DNA of 64,000 nt, taken from Botryllus schlosseri (lineage: Eukaryota). The stretch spans positions 21,266,001 through 21,330,000 of the forward strand of contig CM119372.1 of assembly GCA_051294905.1 (NCBI GenBank), written 5' to 3'. A program made the translations under genes and the position numbers. Under the pieces are notes generated by a model that saw only the letters and a list, made by a program, of their open reading frames with translations, had not been told where the DNA came from and did no database searches. Shown one piece after another: positions 11,491-21,700 of this stretch; the stretch's first letter is position 1; the number at the start of each line of letters is the position of its first letter.

Positions 11491-11872
11491 TGTGGGACGC
11501 CCTGCACCCTCTCACGGTTCATACACTTTGTAAGATACAACATCATTATGGTACATCGCCCATATCTGTATATCACGTGACTTATATCTTTCTTCTCGCT
11601 ACCACGTGACTTACCATTTATCAGCTCGTGCATCTTATTTTACAAGCTAGACTCATCTGCGATATCTTACTGTATATTCCATGCATATTCGACCAATATA
11701 TCTATCTGAGGCAATACTGTCGTTGCATTCACGTTGAAGTTGTCAGATCAAGGACTAACACAGGGACGTGCGTCTACTACGAAAAGAGCTAAGTATATCT
11801 ACCCAGCCACACATTACGTGGGACTCAGGTTACAACTCTATAGCAGGTTATCAGACGACACACCTTCCCATA
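11491..11872 (+). repeat. 5' LTR (382 bp)
   Basis: TGTGGGA...TCCCATA; differs from the 3' LTR by 6 substitutions (all transitions) and a 2-bp indel (hand comparison). Confidence 0.95.
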
Positions 11873-11888
11873 TGGTGCCCCGAGTGAG
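11873..11888 (+). other. Primer-binding site, probably for elongator tRNA-Met
   Basis: TGGTGCCCCGAGTGAG directly follows the LTR. Its reverse complement CTCACTCGGGGCACCA fits the recalled 3' end of metazoan elongator tRNA-Met (CTCAC(A/T)CGGGGCA-CCA). Confidence 0.8.
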
Positions 11889-14800
11889 ATGATTTCAGCT
11901 TCAACGAAGGACGAATCGCCTCCTACACAATTGGACTTACAACTGCTATGGAGCCATCCAGGACTTTTCCAGACTTACACGGTAAATCCGTTTACTTGAC
12001 TTCGAATTTCGGGAATGCATTTTGCAGTGAGACTGATTTATCTCACTTGGCTTTATCGGCTAGCAGCAAATTTCCTCGTTATTGCTCGATTCGTGCTTTC
12101 TATATAATTATATTCGTTGTTTGTGTTCATATATTCATCGCCATAACATTCAGAGAACCAGATTTGAGTGATACTCTGACACTGACAAAACGTTTTTCAT
12201 CGGTTTCGTTTTTATATTACGGCCTTAAGTACTATTATTTGAATCTTAGCGTCTGGCTTTCTAACGAAATTATCACATACATTATGCGTCGGTATTTCAC
12301 TGTTGGCCGCCTGATAAAATCGCTTCTCTACCCCGTGAAATCGAATAATAACCACCGATCCACCATTCAATATTTTCAAATAGAACTTCACTTTCGCACG
12401 AATAGCCTACCTTAGTCGTGTAACAAACCATTTGCTTACAGTTGTTTAATTGTTCAACACCCCCATTTCGATTGTGATTATAAATTTTGCGGTTTTTCCT
12501 ACCTTCATATTACCGCGTAAATCACTGCCAACCACCGTCGTAATTTACCAATCTATTTTTTTTTCGTTTTTTTAATTCACGGCATCTCCGTGGAACATAA
12601 CTACCAATTCCATGATTTTAATTTCGGAATATTTCTTGAAACCTAATTCATACATTAATTTTTGTGATTTCATATGTCATTCATGCGACATTGACTTCCG
12701 CGCGTATTTAAGCGCTACCCTTTTTAACTACCGTAACTATACCGTCCATGTTACTTCGATAAAATAGTGACGCGGCTTTTCGCCCGACTATAGCATAGCA
12801 TTCCATCGGGATTCTATATGATGTTCCGCGGCAAAATCGGCTCTTTTTGACCGACAATTTCGATTTCGGCTTTGAACTATTGAAATATACCAGTATCACT
12901 GGGAATGGGGATTTTATAACTAACTTAACTCTGCATACCGCAACTTCATCTTATCTCTCTACACGTATTCGCATAACCTCGCTTTTGCTACAATTACCCA
13001 TAATCATAATTCGATTTTAATCACATATTAGCGTTACTTCTAACTCAGCGCTTTGCTGGAATTTATAAATACGGAAGTTACTTCCCTATTTTCTTCAAAC
13101 ATTGACTTCCTTACTTTCTTTATACTAGGTCTTTGACATTTTCGCTTACTTCTAATTACCTATACTTAAATAAGGCCGCTTTAACACGGTGACAAATTGT
13201 CATTTTTTTCCGTAATTTACGTCCTTATATACTTACCCGCGATATTGTCATCTGAACATACTCAGATTTTGCAACCTATAGTTACATGCGATTAGCTATA
13301 CATATCTTTTACCTTTATACATTGTACATTGTACATTTCATGGCATGGCTACCTATTACTGACATCTGGTCACCACAGATCCGTGAAACGTTTGTATAGT
13401 CACGAATCTGTTAATTTTGAATATCACGTTGCCCATTATCGCTACACGGGGAACTCGTTAATTAAGCTTATGGTCGAAGTACCGGGTCTACGATTTCACT
13501 TTTGCTCCTAGGGTCGTGTGTAACGAGTGGGTTTGGCCATGTTATCTCGCCAAATCGTTTTTAGACATGGGAATTGCTTGTGCGTGACTCAGCGATTCTA
13601 CCGGCCGGGGAATCTATGGGTTGTAAACCTGCGATTTTAACTCATGCTATACCTTCCGTCATTACATAACGAAGTTGAGGTGAGGTTCGGTCGACTCAAG
13701 TCTCGCCCGTGCGCTTTTTTATCGAAATGATCCACGATCGGACACTATTAGTGTATATACGGTTTTTGGATGAATTATTTATCCAGTGTTAGGGAATTTG
13801 ACCTAATACTTACTGTTTTTTTAGACGTATCTTACCGGTCGATACGTCATTAGGCATTGCCATGTGTAAGTCTTCGAAGCACATTATTGAAGTAGTGGGC
13901 ACACGTTCTTACACTTGCGATATGTTAAGTGGCGTGCAGTGATGATTAATTACTATTTTTATCCCTTCTTTCGATCCGTTAGTGGACCAAATTCTTGATT
14001 AAATCCCGTCAATTTATTTCCGGAAACCTTTTTATATATCTGGATAGCATATGGCGCGCAGATTCATCGATGTGTCTGGATTTGTGGTATACCATGCTGT
14101 GTACATCGCTATAGACTTTTTTTCGACATGGCTGCGGTTCGCAGCACTAAACACTAACAATGCCATTAGGCTACCTAACAATACACACATTTTCATGACT
14201 TCGGCTATTGTTATTATATTCTCTTTACAATTTTTGCACTCTACTTTCACGACTTACTTCGTTATATAATTAAATGACGAATTCCCCGCTTTACGCTACA
14301 ACTGCATTCATCTTGACATGTTAATATTTCATTGCTATACTTCTGAGCTGTCAAAACACACGGCCAACCCCAGATAATTTCCGTTCACTTCGAGATTCCG
14401 TAAATTTTTATTAATTTCTACTTGAAAGCTCAAATTACTCACAAGGCTTATATAACCGCCTTGCGTCGCTCCGTCACGTATGGAATCGATTCAATACTTA
14501 GTACTTACGCTTCCAGCGTACTCTCGGCTCATTTCATCCCTATCGGTGCAGATTTTCACCACTTCATATCTGGTCCGCTGAAATATAATGTGTTTATAAT
14601 GTTTAATTTCTTTTTCAATTTGTCATTAGGCTATACTATTATTGCTTTTATTATTTTCCTACTTTGTGAAATAGCCTTTTTGCTGCCGATATCGCTTTTG
14701 CATCCCTGATTCGTCGTCGTCTGCCAACGGGTCCATCGCGAACCGCCGAAATGCTCCCTACTACACAACATTCCTCCGCTCTCCGATTCCGGCCTATGTC

Positions 14801-15991
14801 AACATTTCGGGACATACAAGTTCAACATGGCTTTGGTAACACCACGTATTATACGCATTTTAAAGCCGACTTCAACAGTCGTGAAGAATATTCGCACAAC
14901 AGGCGATACGCGTTTTAACCTTGGCGGAGTGAACTAATTGGATCTAAATACAATCCTTAATGAGCAATGAGCATTGACTGTTAATTATTCCAGGCAGGTT
15001 CGCGGCCCACGGTGCACGGTTTAACTGTATATAAATTATTATTCCATCTTCCGAACGATTGATGGACATTTCTCTTCTCAAACGCGGCGAATTTCGTAAT
15101 CCTTAGACACGATTATGATTCATGTACTTTGATCTATCTCTCCCATGCGGACTTACCATTTTATAATTCACTCGTTTATCCATTAGCGAATGCGTCAATA
15201 CGACTGTTCTTGCCGACAATATATACGGCTCACATAATTTGAGGCCCTGGTCTTTGTGACTATTTCGTTGGTCATTAATCTTAATGGTTCAAGTAATTTC
15301 CCACAAATCTCGCCATTCTACGCGGTTCGACTACGGGACGCCGTTTGAATAATTTTCTCTATTCAACTCAATTGACTCGTAAAAGCAGTCTCTGGTCGCT
15401 AGAAAACCCAGACATCAGTTTCCTGCTTTCGTTACTTTCTATCTTCTAATACCACGTGTTTCGATTTATTTCAAAAGTAGTTTTGACTTTAATATACTCC
15501 CAAACCATACACTAGATTCCGCTTATAAGATATTGCATTTACAAATAACAGACACTCATTTTCGATTTACCACCAATTTGTTCTAGCGTATGACGCATTC
15601 GCCAGACCTAATGTCAATTCCTTCGTGTACATATTTTTTTTCTTCTTTCGTTTATTGTTCTTTTAATAAAACACAAAAATTGCCTCAGATATGACCAATT
15701 CGCCATTTTGACTATATGTAATCTAACCCTTAACGTGGTATCAATACACTATCTCATATATGGTTTCATTGCTATCATGTTGTATAAATATTGCAACATC
15801 AGGCTACAATATTGCATTTTAAATTGGTGTTATCGCCTTTCTACCAATACTTTATTAACTACACACTTCGGCCTTACCACGTTAAACCACACACTATGTG
15901 ATATCCGCTGCAATTATTACGTTTCGTAATTGTACTGCTATTCAATGCATGTAAATTTCATTTTGTATTGTCGCTATAATCACGCCTTTTT

Positions 15992-16003
15992 AGCAGGAGG
16001 CGA
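15992..16003 (+). other. Polypurine tract
   Basis: T-run followed by AGCAGGAGGCGA immediately before the 3' LTR TGT. Confidence 0.8.
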
Positions 16004-16383
16004 TGTGGGACGCCCTGCGCCCTCTCACGGTTCATATACTTTGTAAGATACAACATCATTATGGTACATCGCCCATATCTGTATATCACGTGACTTATAT
16101 CTTTCTTCTCGCTACCACGTGACTTACCATTTGTCAGCTCGTGCATCTTATTTTACAAGCTAGACTCATCTGCGACATCCTACCGTATATTCCATGCATA
16201 TTCGACCAATATATCTATCTGAGGCAATACTGTCGTTGCATTCACGTTGAAGTTGTCAGATCAAGGACTAACACAGGGACGTGCGTCTACTACGAAAAGA
16301 GCTAAGTATATCTACCCAGCCACACATTACGTGGGACTCAGGTTACAACTCTAGCAGGTTATCAGACGACACACCTTCCCATA
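16004..16383 (+). repeat. 3' LTR (380 bp)
   Basis: Direct repeat of 11491-11872, followed by TSD ACGT. Confidence 0.95.
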
Positions 16384-19300
16384 ACGTCCCATAATAGCCT
16401 TCGGGTTAACGCTGCGAAATCCCAATTATTGGTCGTGAACTCCTGCGATAACCTAACCGTTGACATCGCTGGCCAACCAATTTCCAACACTAAAAATACC
16501 AAGTGCCTTGGTGTTTCACTGGATTCGGACATGTCCTGGAAGAGTTACATACAATCACTCAAACCACAACTATCGAAGGTATGTGGTCTATTTCGCCGCC
16601 TTAGCTACACTCTGCCAGTCAGCGTGCTGTTGATACTCTTCAACACTGTATTCCTATCAAAGTTACAATACGGAATTCTTTGTTGGGGTGCTGCCTGCAA
16701 GAATACAATTGACCCACAGCAAAAACTTCAACATCGGATCAGCCGTATCATTGCCAAAGCCCCACGGGGGCCTGGATGTGCAACTGACAAATCGCTTCTC
16801 AAAAGATTTGGTGTTCTAAACTTAGAAGATATGAGGAAGCAAGAAATTGCTAAGTTTATGTATCAGTTCCATTGCGGTCAATGTCCCTCAAATTTCAGCG
16901 ACTAATTAACCTAAGAGACAAATGCGCACAAATACAGCACACGCGCGTCAACGAAGAACGACTACCATATGTTCAGGACTGAATACAAGAAAACGCATTG
17001 CTCTATCAACTATGCCGGACCCCAATTGTGGAACAGCATATCGCCGGCTATCCGACAGTCGTCGAGCATGTCCGCATTCAAGTCGAAATACAAGCAATTT
17101 CTTCTAAATCAATACTAGCCTGTCTCCAGGATTACCGGACCACGACCTAACATCGACCTCGCCCTCCGCCACATGCCAACTCATTTTGTCGCTTGCGTCT
17201 TATATTCTCTGCATTACTTTTCATTCAGTGTGCAGTGCATGCCTCTTATTTGCTTCGCCTAGGCTAAGCTGGGTGTCTGATCTTATGGCTACTCGATCCA
17301 AGTTGTTTCGACACCTTCCTATCTTTTCATTGTATCGCAGTCTTAATTGTGATGTTTTGAAACGATGAAAATATTAATAAACCTGATTGATTGATGTTCC
17401 AGTGTGCCTCCACTGTGTGCCTCCACTTCCGCACGAGGAGCGAGGATTTTCCAAAGTTAATGGTTGAATTTGGCCTATAATATTGGTACTTCTATTGGTC
17501 TTGGACAGGCCATAGGGCGATCAACCGAACTCCCGGGGCTTCGTAATTGCATATCATATAATTTCTCAAGTGATCAGCTTTAACAGTAGCGCAAAGATAG
17601 GTGGTGCGTCTTCGTAACTTTAGGCACGTCAATGATATACAAACAATTATTTATCTATCTACGAGGGGGCGGGCGTTGTTACTCATCAATCTGTTGCATG
17701 TTCTTATTCCTTGACCTCTCGGCTTCTATATGTTTTAAAGATATTGCAATATCACAAATGTACCAGACTGAACCAAAAGGAGAACGTCTTTCGTGAGACA
17801 CACTCGATTCCAAGTTCGGGTGCGGTTGTCAGGTTGCAAAGACCGGGTCATCCTGCGCAATCTTCGACCAAGGCTCTATCGCCAGCGACACACTTTATTC
17901 AGATCAGTTATCATTTGTCAATGTACTTATGGTACACTACATTATGATACACTCGGTGCCAATGAGCATGATAGGTGCAGCCCTATGCCAAGTTATATTA
18001 AATCAAGAGACTTTTTGATTGTGTAAGAAAAATTTCCAATTCGTCACTTGTATAAATTGGCATTTTTTTAAAATTTCAAGTTGGAATCGGATTAGGATTG
18101 GACATGGACTTGAATATACAAAAGTTCTGGACTAGAATTTGTATTTGAAGCTTTGAATTTGGATTGGATTAGGACATAGAAATTCCAAAGCTGCTCATCT
18201 CTATTACCATGGAAAACTGCCATGCTATTACAAACACGCCTTTTCGTTAGAGGACGCCAACGAGCTGCAAGAATAGCAGCAGAAGCATTGCTCATTTTTC
18301 TACTTCCAGGATTTTGCAGATTGCTCGAAGTGGACGTGGTAATCTGGAAGGTGTACCACCCCGCTGCAATGGGAAGGATATTTCTTAACAATTTAGTTGA
18401 TGTAGTGATGTAAATTATGTCAGAGACAGCAGGTAGACGAATATGTAAATCTCGTTTCTTATTCTTTAACCGAAAGCAGGTTGGTAAATATGTACGAGAA
18501 TTAAGGGCGTTTATGTAGTCGAATTATTTTCCATCATTGGTAGATTGCTCGATCCCCTATTGCAGAAATGGACAAACCGATTCATGCATACGAAACCATG
18601 ACTGATAATCTAGTCAGCTGCACATCTGGACACGCCTAAGGACAAATCCGCATCTTTTGACTGTCAATTGATACCAAGTCGAAGTCGAAACTCGACATAC
18701 TCTTGAACTACTTATTATTACTTTAGTTGCGTGAATTGTATGTTTATTCTAAGGAGACTGTCATTCTGATATTTTAATTTACAATCTGATTTATACATAG
18801 GCTAGAGCTTAATACCGTAATCCCGAATTTTAGTCAAGCCTCAAAATCGCAATCAGAATTACTGTGATACTCCAACACAAGTCTCAAAAAATGAATGAAT
18901 AGAACCCTTTTGCCTCGATATATGGAATTTTCGGGACAAGTAGATTGCACGAATTGGGTGAAAAAACCCTGAAATTGATGATCATAGATGGGAAAGATAT
19001 GTAGGCTTCATTGAAGCTAGCTATACAATCACCAAAACTGTGCTTCTCTTATGACTGAATCTTGAAGTTGTATAATTGTATCGAAGCTATACATATATCA
19101 TTTTACTTCCATGCATTGTCAAGAATGCTTGCTTTAAATGTAATTTTGTTTATTAATAGATTAGACTTCCAGCATTTATAATGATGCACGTTTCCTCTTT
19201 CATGTGTCGCTTGGTAACTTTCGTTTGGCAATTTCATTAGATTAGTGATGACATGTTCCATAAATAGGTCTCTACCGCCTATGCGGGATATGCAAGTTGG

Positions 19301-19745
19301 TTGATAATTTCTCTATTGAAAATTCGACCAAAATTAGATACCTGTATATCAACACTTTCACTTCTCAGCGATAATTTCTGCTGTAGAATTGGCGTTTATA
19401 GCATTGCTCTTCAGTTTTACGACTTATGTCTTTTCTCACTGATTTACAAAATTGCTATGATTTTCACCGAGTGTGCCACGCAAGAAGCCGTCTTGCCTCA
19501 CTCAATTTATTGCAGAAAAGGTACCTGGATTTCAGCCTGGATGACAATGCTCTATCGAATAATAAGATCTTGGTTCCTTTCCATATTTAACGTGTCCCAG
19601 GATACTTGCAAAGTAATAATTTTATATAATATATATATCATGTCACAAAACAGTGGGTTGTGATACCTGGAATAGGAGCTATATCCATCAAACATTATAA
19701 TTCTGAGAAAGGAAAGATTATATTGTTCCCACTTGCATCTAACTT

Positions 19746-20400
19746 TTATGGATCAAAAGTAGATATGAATGTTAGTTTATGAAAAAATACTTGGATCAAA
19801 AATCCAAATTGCTTGTATATCATATTTGAAATGCACCATGTAAATAGCGTATAGACGTTACAGTTGATGATTCCTACTGCATACTGTATCAATAAATTGT
19901 AAAAAGTGCACGTAACATAATCGTTATTTGCTGATATACTAATTTGAGAGCAGTCGGTATGATGGATACACTTGCACTTTTTACAAATATTCATTAGGGT
20001 AGGCTCTATTTGCAATAACGACACCGTAGCTTGAGTATTGCAACAGTTTTTATGTTACTGCAGTCTGGCTGCTTGATCATCACTCAGCTCAGTAATATCG
20101 GTAGCTTAATTGCAAATGATTTGAAAATCAAAATGCCACAGCAGCACGAGTGGTCAACATCCAACACTTCAACTGTTTTGTTCTGGCTTGCAATCCGCTT
20201 CATATGTTATCAATCAGGATACAAACCTGTCGGATATGTGTTGTTGTTTTTTGCTTGGAGGAATTGTAATGATTTGCTTTGATGCCCACGTCTTGTCTTC
20301 ATAACATAGCCCTGTGAACCACCGGTGCTGACATAAGTCATGATGACTAAAATCTGTCGATAGAGCTTGAAAGTGAGCTAAGGTACTGACGATGTGCATT
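19746..20400 (-). pseudogene. Possible decayed transposase C-terminus with a Cys/His finger
   Basis: Broken minus-strand frames include CKKCKCIHHTDC...VTC and HHDLCQHRW; suggestive only. Confidence 0.25.
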
Positions 20401-20827
20401 ATAAATTATGTAAGGTATCCCCATATGTGTCAACACAGTATTGCCCATCTCGCCACTTGAAGTTACAGCAAGATTGCGGCCCACCTGTAATATCAAAGTC
20501 GAAATTTATCTTTAATCTGAATATGTTCGTTCTTATGGTTAGTCCCTGCATATTGCATCAACCGCACTAATGTTGTGCGGGATCATGATCAGTGTAGATT
20601 CATGAGCGAATTTTCTGTCAGTAAAAGCTTTCGATCATGTTCAATATCAGTGGTGCTTTGTGATGAACAATACTCACAGCATAGGCCCGCAGTGGAAGTA
20701 GCATGCTACAGATTGATTTATAGGGCCTAGCCTACATTTCATAGTAGCCTACTGTATCATGACAATACATGTTTAATGATATATATACAAGAACTAAACT
20801 ACAGCTAGCAACAGCAAAGTTTTAAAC

Positions 20828-21700
20828 CAGGGGTTCTTAACCTGGGGGTAATTACCCCCAAAGGGGTAATTTACCAATTTTTGGGGGGTAATTCAAATTG
20901 AGGTTTTTTTATATACTAATAACGCTTCACTGAAGTATTTTTAAACGTAAATATGAATGTAGGCTAACATATATTTTTGTGAGCTTGTAGGCCTATATAT
21001 TTCGTTTCAGTTAACACACCATGCCTGCTTTGATATCATAGTAAGCATCAGTGATTATGAATTACAGAACCGAATGTAGTTTAGTATAGTGCTAGGTAAG
21101 TCTAATTTATTTTGTAGTAGTGCGGATCTTATATTGTTGCACATGCTGACCAATCGAAAGACAACGGGCGTCTAAGTTTAGCATAACACCTATAATGCAG
21201 TAACAATATCGTACAAATATAGTGATTAGTATTGAAAGGTGTTTGTGGTGGTCTAGTCTATAGTCAGTAAAATTAAGTCTGAAATCATCAAAATGATTTC
21301 GAAGAAACGAGGGAAAGGTTTTGGAACCTTTTTGGGTTCGCCTTCAAAATGAATAACCAATGTTGGTCATAAACTCATAATGGCATTGAACTTTCTGATT
21401 GAATTTCGTTCAACTTATTGCTGTGAAGTCAAATTTTCTGCAATGGTATCTATCTAAACCAAATAAGTTTGCGATTGACAATGACATGAGAGATGCCGTC
21501 TATTATCCTCCCCATCTTCTAGATTTGATCACTACTGAATAACACGACAACAGCATCAGCTTTTCCATTGACTTGATATTTACCACCGACATTTCTGTGT
21601 TCATTATGACGTCATATTTGTGCTTTGTGGAAAAAGGGGTAATTGCATCCCGTCATTTTCTTGTTGGGGGTAACGACATGAAAAAGGTTAAGAACCACTG
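20828..21700. mobile_element. Non-autonomous hAT (Charlie/Buster-type) element, 873 bp
   Basis: TIRs CAGGGGTTCTTAACCT and AGGTTAAGAACCACTG; perfect TSD TTTTAAAC (20820-20827 and 21701-21708). Confidence 0.92.

Larger units (their letters stand above)
11491..16383 (+). mobile_element. Non-autonomous LTR retrotransposon (Gypsy-like by 4-bp TSD and PPT), 4893 bp
   Basis: Two ~380-bp LTRs, PBS, PPT and 4-bp TSD ACGT (11487-11490 and 16384-16387). The ORF track shows no gag/pol-like ORF in the ~4.1-kb interior. Confidence 0.95.
11146..17395 (+). mobile_element. 5'-truncated CR1/L2-group LINE (copy B), split by an LTR element into 11146-11490 and 16384-17395
   Basis: RT motifs FDCVDH, CGIPQGSVLGP and LFADDT. 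The frame joins across the LTR element (KVHEWT|SHNSLRVNAAKSQLL). It continues KCLGVSLD, LQYGILCWG, GPQLWNSI...FKSKYKQFLLNQY* (stop 17116-17118), then a 3' UTR and AATAAACC(TGAT)3 tail. Confidence 0.92.
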
